Program-made: the position numbers and the translations under genes
Part shown: piece after piece, positions 36,412 to 48,116 of the stretch
Layout: each line of letters begins with the position of its first letter
Numbering within the stretch: position 1 is the first letter of the stretch
The notes under the pieces: generated by a model
What the model was told of the DNA's origin: nothing
What the model saw: the letters and a program-made list of their open reading frames with translations, nothing else
The model's database searches: none
Assembly (NCBI RefSeq): GCF_004010195.1
Contig: NC_057720.1
Span: 25,688,427 to 25,752,426 of the forward strand
Source: Chiloscyllium plagiosum
Taxonomy: Eukaryota
DNA: 64,000 nt
Direction: 5' to 3'

Positions 36412-37279
36412 CTCCTGTTCCCTCGATGCTGCCTGACCTGCTGCGCTTTTCCAGCAACACATTTCCATCTCTTTATTCACTTTAGGCAAGCAATCTGAAT
36501 TTACTAGTGATAGGCAGCATGGTTATTTGTGGAGGATGTCATGTCTCGCAAACTTCATTGAATATTTAAAAAAAGGGGAGTATCAGAGAGTCTGAGACAC
36601 TCTGATAGCTAACTCTGAATGAGGCAGTACTATAGTCAAGGACAGTTCATGTGTAAATAAAGGGTGACTTGGTGATACCAGCCTCTGTGAAGTTAGTTCA
36701 CAGGGTATTTATTTGGATGAACAGCTATGATTATGTTGAATGGCAGACTCAGGGCTGAATAGCCTATTCCTGCCCCTATTTTCTATATAAAATCCTTCCC
36801 ATTACCATCTTTTGACCCAATATTATTTTAAATTACTTTTGTTACCCACGATTGGACCATATTATCTGCAGGGATTTAGTGCCTTCAAGGAATATATATT
36901 GCATGCAAATTATGCTTTACTTCTAAAATACCAGCCATTACTTATCTATTTGAATATGTTTCAATGTAATTTCTGAATCTGCCTTAACTAACTCATATCT
37001 TGCATGTATAAAGTTTGAATTATTTAAATTTAACAATTCAGTTGCTGTCTTAATAAATCATTTTCATACTCAATATAAAATTATGATCACCCTTCCCTAC
37101 ACATCTATTTATTACAAGGTTGTAAACGAACTCTTTCTCATTGTACAATACTGGATTCAGAATAGCCGGCAGCTTCCTAGCGTTACTAATTTAGAAAATT
37201 ATCATTGATAGGTTCCATGAGTGCATCTTCCATACTATTACTGCAAATTATGCTTGTTGCTTTTTGCTTTTTAACCATT

Positions 37280-37795
37280 TGTGTGCTGTAGGTGTTGCGA
37301 GCTGACCAGTATTTATTGTCCATCCCTAGTTGCCCTTGAGGAGGTGGTGGTGAGCTGCCTTCTTGTATAGCTGCCGTCCACCTGCTGTGGGTGGACCCAC
37401 AACGCCAACAGGGAGGGAATTCCAGAATTTTGAACTAGTGAAAGTGAGGGATTGGCAATATTTCCAAGTCAGGGTGGTGAGTGGCTTGGTGGTGACCTTG
37501 AAGGTGGTGGTGTTTCCTTGTCCTTCCAGATGGAAGTTGTCGTGGGTTTGGAAGGTGCTGTCTGAGGATCTTTGGTGAATTTCTGCAGTGGATCTATACA
37601 CACTGCTGCTACTAAGGGTTGGTGGTAGAGAGAATGGATGCTTGCAGATGTAATGCCAATCAAGCGGGCTGCTTTGTCCTGGATGGTGTCAAGCTTCTTG
37701 AGTGTTGTAGGGGCTGCACTCATCCAGGCAAGTGGGGAATATTCCATCACACTCCTGACTTGTGCCTTGGAGATGGTGAACAGCTTTGGGGATTC
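37280..37795 (-). mobile_element. Second CR1/L2-group LINE 3' end
   Basis: MEYSPLAWMSAAPTTLKKLDTIQDKAARLIG; WNSLP; KKAAHHHLLKGN*. Confidence 0.85.
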
Positions 37796-37949
37796 ATGGG
37801 ATCTATAACGCTCCAGAAGATCTACAAGATGATTAAATACTCTTTGAATATTGTATTATCTTTATTACATGTCTTGAATTTCCAGAGTTAATGTCAAGCC
37901 TACACCATCACTACGTTTCAGGGCATACAAACAATTCCCATAAATGGGT

Positions 37950-40115
37950 CAAGACTGTGGTACTGGAAAAGCACAGCAGGTCAGGCAGCATCTGAGGAAC
38001 AGGAGAATTGACGTTTTGGGCATAAGCCATTCATCAGGAATGAGGCTTGTGGGCCGGGGACTGAAAGATAAATGGGAGTGGGGGGGGGGCGGGGGGGGAG
38101 GCAGCTGAAAATACAATAGGTGAAGGTGCAGGAGAAGGTGATAGGTCGGAGAGGAGGGTGGAGCAGATAGATGGGAAAAATGATGGAAGGTCAAGAGGGT
38201 GGTGCCGGGTTGGAGGCTTGGGACTGAGGTAAGGTGGGGGGAGGGGAAATGAGGAAAATTGGTGAAATCCACATTATTCCTGTGTGGTTGCAGGGTCCCA
38301 GGGCGGAAGATGAGGCGTTCTTCTTTCAGACATCATGTGGTAAGGGTTTGGTGGAGTGGGAGGGGAAGTTGAAGTATTTAGCTGCAGGGCTGTGGGATTG
38401 GTCAGCATGGGTGTCCCAGAGATTTCTCCGAAACGATCCACAAGTTGGCATCCTGTCTCCCTGATGTAGAGGAAACCACATCGGATGCAACATATACAGA
38501 AGGTAACATTGGTGGAGGTACAGGTAAATTTCTGTTGGATGTAGAAGGATCCTTTGGGGTCTTGGATGGATATGAGGGGAATGTGTGGCACAGGTTTTGC
38601 ACTTGCTGCAGTGGCAGGGGAAGATGCCAGGAATGGGGTGAGGGCTAGTGGGGTCATGGATCTGACAAGGGAGTCGCGGAGGGAATGGTCTCTCCGAAAC
38701 ACTGATAGGAGTGGAGAGGGAAACATATCCCTAGTGGTGGGGTCTGTTTATAGATGGAGGAAGTGGTGGAGGGTGATGCGATGTATACGGGGGTTGGTGG
38801 GGTGGAAGGTGAGGTCTGGGGGGTTCTGTCACTGTTGCATTTGGAGGGGTGGGGTTCAACATCGGAGGTGTGTGAAGTGGAGGAGATGTGCTGGAGGGCA
38901 TTGTCGACCACATGGGAAGAGAAATTGTGAGCTTTTACAAAGGAGGCCATCTGAGATTTTCTGTGATAGAATTGTTCATCCTGGGAATAGATGCAGTGGA
39001 GGTGGAGGAATTGGGAACAAAGGATGGTGTTTTTATGGGAGGCAGGGTCGAAGGAAGTGTAATCCAGGTAGCTGTGGGAGTCAATGGATTTGTAGTAGAT
39101 GTCTGTAGTTAGTCGGTCACTGGAGATGGAGATGGAGAGGTCTAGGAAGGGGAGGGAAGTGTCTGAAATGGTCCAGGTGAATTTGAGGTCGGGGTGAAAG
39201 GTCTTAGTGAAGTTGATGAACTGTTAAGCTGCCTCATGGGAGCACAAGGTAGCGCTGATACAGTCATTGATGTAGCAGAGAAACAGGTAGGGGGTGGTGC
39301 CGGTGTAGCTGTGGAAGATGGAATGTTTCACGTACCCAACAAAGAGGCAGGCATATCTGGGGCCCATGCAGGTGCCCATGGCTACCCCTTTGGTTTGGAG
39401 GAAATGGGAGGTTTGGAAGGAGAAGTTGTTAAGAGTGAGGACCAGGAGGATGAGGGTGTCAGTAGAAGGGTACTGGCTGGGATGGTGTGGCAGGAAGAAA
39501 TGGAGGGCTTGGAGACCTTCATTGTGGTGGATGGATGTGTACAGGGACTGGATATCCATGGTGAAGATGAGGCATTGGGAGCCGGGGAAAATAAAGTCTT
39601 GGAGGAGGTGAAGGGTGTGGGTGGGGTCCTGAACATAGGTGGGGAGTTCCTGGACCGGGGGTGGGGGGGGGGACAGGACAGTGTCAAGGTAGACAAAGAT
39701 GAGTTCAGTGGGACAGGAACAGGCTGAGACAATGGGTCAACAGGAAAGTCAGGTTTGGTCGGAGGTGGAATTGGGCGGTGTAGTCAATGAGGTTGGAGAC
39801 AGTGGATAGGAGGTTGTTGATGGTTTGGGAGATGATGGCTTGATGATGGGAGGTGAGGTCGTGGTCGAGGGGCCAGTAGGAGGAAGAGTCTGCGAGCTGG
39901 CGTTTGGCTTCAGCGGTGTAGAGGTCAGTGCACCAAGCTACCACTGCGCCCCCTTATCTGCTGGTTTGATGGTGAGGTTGGGATTGGAACAGAGGGACTG
40001 GAGGCTGCGCGTTGCAAGGGTGGGAGGTTTCAGTGGGTGAGGGAAGTGGACAGGTTGAGGCGGTCGATGTCACAGCGGCAGTTAGAAATAAAGAGGTCAA
40101 GGGTGGGTAACAGGC
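37950..40115 (-). mobile_element. Neptune-type PLE (RT, GIY-YIG, terminal repeat), frameshifted
   Basis: MDIQSLYTSI, LTLNNFSF...FLQTKGVAMGTCMGPRYACLF, YINDC (YIDD-like), KFTCTSTNV..CI.C..CGFLYIRETG. Confidence 0.9.
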
Positions 40116-40119
40116 CAAC

Positions 40120-41400
40120 TCAAATTCACCTGGAAACCTTCGTCCCCTTCCTGGACCTCTCCATTTCCATCTCTGGTGACCAACTAACCACGGACATCAA
40201 CCACAAACCTACCGACTCCCAAAGATACCTGGACTACACCTCCTCCCCCTACCTGCCTTCTTCCCAATTCCTCTGTCTCCACTACATCTATTCCCAGGAT
40301 GACCAATCTCACCATAGAAAATCCCAGATGGCCTCCTTCTTCAAAGACTGCAATTCACCACGTGGTAGACAATGCCCTCCAATGCACCTCCTCCTCTTCC
40401 CACACCACTGCCCTTGAACCCCACCTCTCCCAACACAACAAGGACAGAACCCCCCCACCCCTGGCTCCTCACCTTCCACCCCACCAACCTATGTGTACAT
40501 CACATTATCCTCTGCCACTTCCACCATCTACAAATGAACTCCACCACCAGAGATATATTTCCCTCCCCACCCCTATCAGCATTCCAGAGAGACCATTCCC
40601 TCTGTGACTCCCTTGTCCAATCCACAACCCCCACAAGCCCTCACCCCACTCCTGGCACCTTCCCCTGCCACTGCAGGAAGTACAAAAACTGCACCCATAC
40701 CTCCTCCCTCACCTCCGTCCAAGGCCCCAAAGGATCCTTCCACATCTGACAGGAATTTACCTGTACCTCCACTGATGTTATCTCCTGTATTTGTTGCATT
40801 CGATGTGGTCTCCTCTACATCGGGGAGACAGGACGCCTCCTTGCGGATCATTTCAGGGAACACCTCTGGGACACCTGCACCCACCAATCACACCACCCTG
40901 TGGCTGAATACTTCAACTCCCTCTCCCACTCTTTTAAGGACATGCAGGTCCTGCATGTCCTCCATCGCCAAACCCGAACCACCTGACGCCTGAAGGAAGA
41001 ACATCTCATCTTCCGCCATGGGACCCAGGATCAATGTGGAATTCACCAGTTTCTTTATTTCCCTTCCCCCCACATTATCCCAGTCCCAAGTCTCCAACTC
41101 GGCACCGCCCTCTTGACCTGTCCATAGTCTTTCCCATCTATCTACCCCACCCTCCTCTCTGACCAATCACCTTCTCCCCCACCTTCATTTACCTATTACA
41201 TTCTCAGCTACCTTTCCCCCAGCACCATCCCCCTCCCATTTATCCCACAGCCCTCTGGCACACAAGTCTCACCCCTGATGAAGGGCATATGTCTGAAACG
41301 TCGATTTTCCTGCTCCTCGGATGCTGCCTGACCTGCTTCCTTTTCCAGCACCACACTCTCGACTCTGATCTCCAGCATCTGCAGGCCTCAGTTTCTCCTA
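40120..41400 (+). mobile_element. Neptune-type PLE 3' part in the opposite orientation
   Basis: PFLDLSISISGDQLTTDINHKPTDSQRYLDYTS; PGTFPCHCRKYKNC; ctacatcggggagacagga (YIGETG); family-1 repeat 41270-41400. Confidence 0.9.
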
Positions 41401-42249
41401 ACTCCTATAAATGGCAAATGCCATATCTCCTCTTCCATTGCTGCACTCTTCCATGATGTACCAACAGACAATCTTCACTCAAAGATAGTGTGACATCTAA
41501 TACTATAAAATAATAAGCTTTAGGTGACTTACACCATAGTGCAATCATCCATACCAGTTAAAGTCTGAATAAACTAAAGATTTGATTCAATTTGGAACAA
41601 ATGTCTTTGCATTCTTAGTCATATTCAGTTGGGAATTGTAGCCTTTTGCTGGTATTCAGAGTTATACTTCCATTGGTCACCATAGCTTCTCAAACATCTT
41701 GTAGTAACTTGTGCTGATCAAATGAATGGGCCAGCTCAACTTATTCAAAAGGAATGCTTTGTGCTTTAAGCTAGGCATTTAGCAGTTATGTGCAGGATCT
41801 TTTTCCAAGCATAGCACTTATAAGTTGTGGAAATAAACGTGGTCGCAGTTGATGTGTCGACTGACTGATGCATTTCCGTCTCTGCATGGGTACAAGTCCA
41901 TCACTCTAGGTGTGAAAAACAATAGCATAAAGCTCTTTGCTGTGTGATAAATTGTTCATCTAGATTTTTGAATGAATGGACTTGTGCCAGCCTTCTGGAA
42001 AGAGCATTAGTTGAGTGTAAGTGGATATGGTTCCCTTGCTAATAGCAACTTTGAAGGAACTGCTCCTTAACATTGGATACCAGCACTAACTAGGAATTGA
42101 TTTCTGACCAACTGGTCTGAAGAGCCTTGTTTTCTCTCGCCTCCTTTCTTCAATTTTGGTGTTACATATACAAAGTTCCAATCTGCTGGGACTATTAGGG
42201 AATCTAAGGAATTTTGGAATTACATCTGCAGTTATCTCTTTCCAACACT

Positions 42250-42345
42250 ACATTCTGAAGAATGACTTATGCCCGAAACGCCGATTCTCCTGCTCCTTGG
42301 ATGCTTCCTGACCTGCTGCGCTTTTCCAGCACCACATTTTTCAGC
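42250..42345 (+). mobile_element. Family-1 PLE repeat fragment
   Basis: attctgaagaatgacttatgcccgaaacgccgattctcctgctcc. Confidence 0.75.
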
Positions 42346-42845
42346 TAAGATGCATATCGTCAGGTTTTAGAGATTTGTTGGATTTTAGTCTTTTGAATTT
42401 CTTCAGTACTTTTTTTCCTGTTGATACTAATTACCCTCACTCTTCTTAGCCTCAGACTGATTTCTGTTCCGAGTGTGTAATTTATATCAGCTACTGCCAA
42501 GACAGGCACAAAATATTTGTTCAATGTTTCTGCCATTTTCTTGTTCACCATGATAATTTCTTTCTCTCTGTTTGTAAGGGACCAACAATTCTTAGTTACT
42601 TTTTTTTATATACGTGTCAGTGCTCTGAAACTCCTGGCTAGTTTACTCTCAAGTTCCATTTATTATTATTTCTGAAATTTTTGCAGATCCTTTGGTTTCT
42701 AGACACTCTCAACCCTCAGTCTTACAACTGAACTTTGCAATATTCCAAGCCTCTTGTTTTCATCAAATACTATTCTTAATTGTTAAAGTAAGGTACAGAT
42801 TAATCCTTTTTAATGATTTTCTTGCATTGCATTAGAATATACTTA

Positions 42846-44650
42846 GAGTCACAGAGTCATAGAGAGGTACAGCATGGAAACAGACCCTTTAGTCCAACCC
42901 GTCCATGCTGACCAGATATCCCAACCCAATCTAGTCCCACCTGCCAGCACCCAGCCATATCCCTCCAAACCCATCCTATTCATATACCCATCCAAATGCC
43001 TTTTAAAAGTTGCAATGGTACCAGCCTCCACCACTTCCTCTGGCAGCTCATTCCATACGCATACCAACCTCTGCATGAAAATGTTGCCCCTTAGGTCCCT
43101 TTTATATCTTTCCCCTCTCACCCTAAACCTATGCCCTCTAGTTCTGGACTCCCCGACCCCAGGGAAAAGACTTTGCCTATTTATCCTATCCATGCCCCTC
43201 ATTATTTTGTAAACATCTATAAGGTCACCCCTCAGTCTCCGATGCCCCGGGGAAACAGCCCCAGCCTGTTCAGCCTCTCCCCAAAGCTCAAATCCTCCAA
43301 CCCTGGCAACATCCTTGTAAATCCTTTCTGAACCCTTTCAAGTTTCACAACATCTTTCCGATAGGAAGGAAACCAGAACTGCACACAATATTCCAACAGT
43401 GGCCTAACCAATGTCCTGTACAGTCGCAACATGACCTCCCAACTCCTGTACTCAATACTCTGACCAATAAAAGAAAGCATACCAAATGCCTTCTTCACTA
43501 TCCTATCTACCTGCGACTCCACTTTCAAGGAGCAATGAACCTGCACTCCAAGGTCTCTTTGTTCAGCAACATTCCATAGGACCTTACCATTAAGTGTATA
43601 AGTCCTGCTAAGATTTGCTTTCCCAAAATGCAGCACCTCGCATTTATCTGAATTAAACTCCATCTGATCAAGATCCCATTGTAATCTGAGGTAACCTTCT
43701 TTGCTGTCCACTACACCTCCAATCTTGGTGTCATCAGCAAACTTACAAACTATACCTCTTACGCTCGCATCCAAATCATTTATGTAAATGACAAAAAGTA
43801 GAGGACACAGCACCGATCCTTGTGGCACTTGACTGGTCACAGACCTCTAGTCTGAAAAACAATCCTAGACCACCATCCTCTGCCTTCTACCTTTGAGCCA
43901 GTTCTGTATCCAAATGGCTAGTTCTCCCTGAATTCCCTGAGATCTAACCTTACTAATCAGTCTCCTATGGGGAACCTTGTCAAATGCTTTACTGAAGTCC
44001 ATATAGATCACATCTACCACTCTGCCCTCATCAATTCTCTTTGTTACGTCTTCAAAAACTCAATCAAGTTTGTGAGACATGATTTCCCACGCACAAAGCC
44101 ATGTTGACTATCCCTAATCAGTCCTTGCCTTCCCAAATACATGTACATCCTGTCCCTCAGGATTCCCTCCAACAACTTGCCCACCACCAACCTCAGGCTC
44201 ACTGGTCTATTGTCCCTTACCACCTTTCTTAAACAGTGGCACCATGTTAGCCAATCTCCAGTCTTCTGGCACCTCACCTGTGACTATCGATGAAACAAAT
44301 ACCTCAGCATGAGGTCCAGCAATCACTTCTCTAGCTTCCCACAGAATTCTTGGGTACACTCGATCAAGTCCTGGTGATTTATCCACCTTTATGCGTTTCA
44401 AGACATCCAATACTTCCTCCTCTGTAATATGCTCCACAACCACCTGATGAAGGAGTGGTGCTCCGAAAGTTAGTGTGCTTCCAATTAAACCTGTTGGACT
44501 ATAACCTGGTGTTGTGTGATTTTTAACTTTCTACACCCCAGTGCAACACCGGCATCTCCAAATCTCTGTAATACGGACATTTTGCAAGGTGTCACTATCT
44601 ATTTCCATACAGTCTATATCTTCCATATCCTTTTCCACAGTAAATACTGC
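42846..44650 (-). mobile_element. CR1 (HER1-like) RT and 3' end, with a family-2 insert at 44430-44563
   Basis: KSPGLDRVYPRIL, RPVSL, SQHGFVRGKSCLTNL, VPQGSVLCPLLF, KFADDTK, RPLLEYCVQFW; insert TSD CTCTGTAATA at 44420-44429 and 44564-44573. Confidence 0.93.
44441..44475 (+). ncRNA. Minimal hammerhead motif (family 2)
   Basis: CAC-CUGAUGA-A-GGAG-UGGUG-CUCC-GAAAGUUA-GUG. Confidence 0.6.
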
Positions 44651-45119
44651 TGAATGTTTTTTTTTAATGTTTTCCACTGTTTATTGCAGCTATACTTTTT
44701 ATCTACCTAATCAACCTTAGGCAACTTTCATCTGACATCTAAATAATTGGCTTTGTTGCATTTATGCTATTTCTTTGTGATTGGATAATGTCCTTTGCAA
44801 ACTCATTTGGAAGTCACATCTTTTTTTCCCTTGTTTTTCGTAGGTGCAAGACACAGTGAAGACACCAGTATAAGTAATTGTATTAATATTGCACTACCTG
44901 GAAATAAACACCCATGTGACAAAAGGAACTAGAGACAAGCAGAATTTGATCAGGCAATGGCGATATGAAAAAACAAGTGACGGGGATGGTAGGGACTAAA
45001 TCAAAACAGAGCAGAAGTCACTTATATTAGGATTACCAATTCCCACTGGATTTTTTTGAGAGTCTAAATCTCCTGGTTTTTTTAAAACCCCCACATTATT
45101 GCTCCACGGGATTTTTACT

Positions 45120-45378
45120 GGGCGGCACGGTGGCTCAGTGGTTAGCACTGCTACCTCACAGCACCAGCGAGCTAGGTTCGATTCCAGCCTTGGACGATTG
45201 ACTATGTGGAGTTTGCACATTCTCCCTGTGTCTGCGTGGGTTTCCTCTGGGTGCTCTGGTTTCCTCCCACAGTCCAAAGATGTGCAGGTCAGGTGAATTG
45301 GTCATGCTAAATTGCCCATGGTGTTAGGTGCATCATTCAGAGGGAAATGGGACTGGGTGGGTTACACTTCAGAGGGTC
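45120..45378 (+). mobile_element. HE1-type SINE (3'-truncated)
   Basis: gggcggcacggtggctcagtggttagc, ggttcgattcc B box, V core. Confidence 0.9.
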
Positions 45379-45797
45379 ATATTTATTGCACAATATTTGA
45401 CCTAAAATAGCTTAATCTCTAGTTGGTTCCATGACATATTGCTCCAGGGTACTTTCATGAGAGCATTCCACAAATACATCTTCCAGATCTTTTTTGCAAA
45501 TTTGATTCATCTGGTTTATCTAAAGAATAAAGTTCTTTGCAACTACCATCAGGGAATACTTTCTGATCTTCTGACTTTCCAGATCTTCCCTCAAGTGAAT
45601 GCTGCTCTTCATTAATTAGCTTAAAACTCTCACTGCTGAACTAATTAAATGACTTGCCAGAAAATTGGCCCCAGCATGATTTAGGGAACCACCTAATTAT
45701 TGACCTTCCCTTTTCCCAAGCCCAGTACTGCTATCAATGCACCTGCACACAGACAACATGGGTGCTGGGGAAAGTATAAGCACCGCTGTTACGTGGT

Positions 45798-46075
45798 AGT
45801 CATAGAGTCATAGAGATGTACAGCCATGCTGACCAGATATCCCAATCCAATCTAGTTCCTCCTGCCAGCCCTTCCTCCTCCAAACCCTTCCTATTCATAT
45901 ACCAACCCAAATGGCTCTTAAATGTTGCAATTGTACCAGCCTCCACAACTTCCTCTGGCAGCTCATTCCATACACGTACCACCCTCTGTGTGAAAAAGTT
46001 GCCCCGTAGGTCTCTTTTATATCTTTCTCCTCTCACCCTAAACCTATGCCCTCTAATTCTGGACACTCCAACCAG
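45798..46075 (-). mobile_element. CR1 (HER1-like) 3' end
   Basis: RGHRFRVRGERYKRDLRGNFFTQRVVRVWNELP. Confidence 0.88.
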
Positions 46076-46089
46076 AAAAAAAACCTACA

Positions 46090-46573
46090 TGCCCAGATGT
46101 AGTTACTATAGGAAGGATGTGGAGGCACTGGAACGGGTGCAGAGGAGGTTTACAAGTGTATGAGGAAAGGCTGAGGCACTTGGGGCTGTTTTCATTGGAG
46201 AAAAGAAGGTTTAGGGGTGACTTGATAGAGGTGTACAAGATGATGAGTGGTTTAGATAGGGTTGACCATGAGAACCTTTTTCCATGTATGGAGTCAGCTA
46301 TTACGAGGGGGCATAGCTTTAAATTAAGGGGTGGTAGGTATAGGACAGATGTTAGGGGTAGATTCTTTACTCAGCGAGTCGTGAGTTCATGGAATGCCCT
46401 GCCAGTAGCAGGGGTGGACTCTCCCTCTTTATGGGCATTTAAACGGGCATTGGATAGGCATATGGAGGATAGTGGGCTAGTGTAGGTTTGGTGGGCTTGG
46501 ATCGGCGCAACATCGAGGGCCAAAGGGCCTGTACTGCGCTGTATTTTTCTATGTTCTATGTTCTATGTTCTAT
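46090..46573 (+). mobile_element. CR1 3' end, (TTCTATG)n subfamily
   Basis: YEERLRHLGLFSLEKRRFRGDLIEVYK...FFTQRVVSSWNALP; clean (TTCTATG)4 tail. Confidence 0.9.
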
Positions 46574-46789
46574 GAAACCAATTTCTCCAGCACCAGTCTA
46601 TCAGCAATGCATTCACCTCTCAGATCTTACTTAATCCACACCAGTTTGCTTGTGGCTAAAGTAATTGTGTGGAGTTTATTACATTTATAGCTTTTTAAAC
46701 TTTTTTTCCCCAGCTGCTCCTTTTTTAGTTGTTTTTCTTAGCCCTACCTATGTAATTGATATCCATGTCCACCACAACAATTCGACTTG

Positions 46790-47670
46790 TCTCCTCCCAT
46801 TCATTAGTAAAGGTGAAGCAATGAATGCTTGTTGTAAATATACGCACTACTGCAGTTAGGTGGTAGTGTGGGGGAAAGAGAGAGAAAAACAAAAAAAAGA
46901 GAAAGAAAAAAGAATGCTTGTTGTGTATTCATGAATTTAATGCAGCAAGGTCTAGACAATATCGAAGCTTGGACTGATTAGTGGCAAGTAACATTCACGT
47001 CTGACAAATGCCGAACAATGAACATCTCCGATAAGTGACAATCTAAGAAGTGCCCCTTAATGTTCAATAGTCTTAGCATCACTGAATCTTCCACTAACAA
47101 ATCCTGGGTGGTTATCATTGACCAGAAGCTAACCGCACTTACCCCGTAAACACGATGGTAGAACAGCAGGTCAGAAGCTGGGAAGACTACGGCGAGTAAC
47201 ACACCTCCTGACTCACCCAAGCCTGTCCACCATCTGCAAGACACAACTCAGGAGTGTGATGGAATACTTTCCATTTGCCTGGATGAGTGCAGTCCCAACA
47301 ACGCTCAAGAAGCTCGACACCAAACAGCCCACTCCTTCCAGCACCAATGTTCAGTAGCAGCAGTGTGTATTACCCACACAGAAATTCACCAGAAATCCTT
47401 AGGTAGCACCTTCCAAACCCACGACTACTTCCATTTCAAAGAACAAGGGCAGGGAATATCAATATCAGCAAGTTCCCCTCTAAGCCACTTACCGTCCTGA
47501 CCTGGAAATATATCACATTCCCTCACTGTCACTGACTCAAAATTCTGGAATTCCTTCCCTGAGGGCATTGTGGATGGCAGCAGTTCAAAAAGGGAGCTAA
47601 CTACAACCTTCTCAAGGGCGACGGATGGGCAATAAATAAACGCCAGCCAGTGATGCCCATATCCCATTAA
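46790..47670 (+). mobile_element. Second CR1/L2-group LINE 3' part
   Basis: tggcaagtaacattc (WQVTF), atggaatactttccatttgcctggatgagtgc (MEY.P.AWMSA), ctcaagaagctcgacacc (LKKLDT). Confidence 0.8.
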
Positions 47671-48116
47671 TGAATTTTTAAAAACTCAGATTCGGGCACA
47701 GAGATGCTTTTTTTTCCCCTTAGGGAATACTGGGGAAGTTTTGAAAGGAAAGGAAGGCTTATTATGAATGAAATGAACAACACCAGGAACACTTCTTCCA
47801 AGGCCAACAAATCCTGGAGTGGGACGAACTCAGAGCATCTAGTTTCAAGGTAGGGAACACTACAACTAAGCAAGACTTCCTATTATTGAGATTAATTGAT
47901 GCAGATTGATAGAGACTATTGATTATTGTTGTGAGCTGAGTGATGGGAATATGTTGATTAATGCCGTACCTGAAGCTTGGTATGTAGTTGGTGTGATATG
48001 AAATTTTAAAATTTCACTGAATCTCTTGCAGAACTGTGTCCAGGTTTCTGAGCGAAATCTGCTTAATAATCATCAAGATGGTCTGCTCTGATTTTTATTT
48101 ACAAATGTCTGAGGCT

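Larger units (their letters stand above)
31409..36700 (+). mobile_element. Decayed Ty3/Gypsy LTR retrotransposon (protease, RT, RNase H, integrase remnants); 3' LTR split into 34791-34906 and ~36570-36700
   Basis: EIGRLESEGIIKP..VKSEGSVHLCKDFK..INHFLQLDKYPIP; ELSSFLGLVNYYG; KFHQYLYGRRF..HKPL; LHQGHPGVCKMK..RGYVWW; gataacgggcca (DNGP); purine tract ggaaaaggga before the LTR; many stops and frameshifts. Confidence 0.9.
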
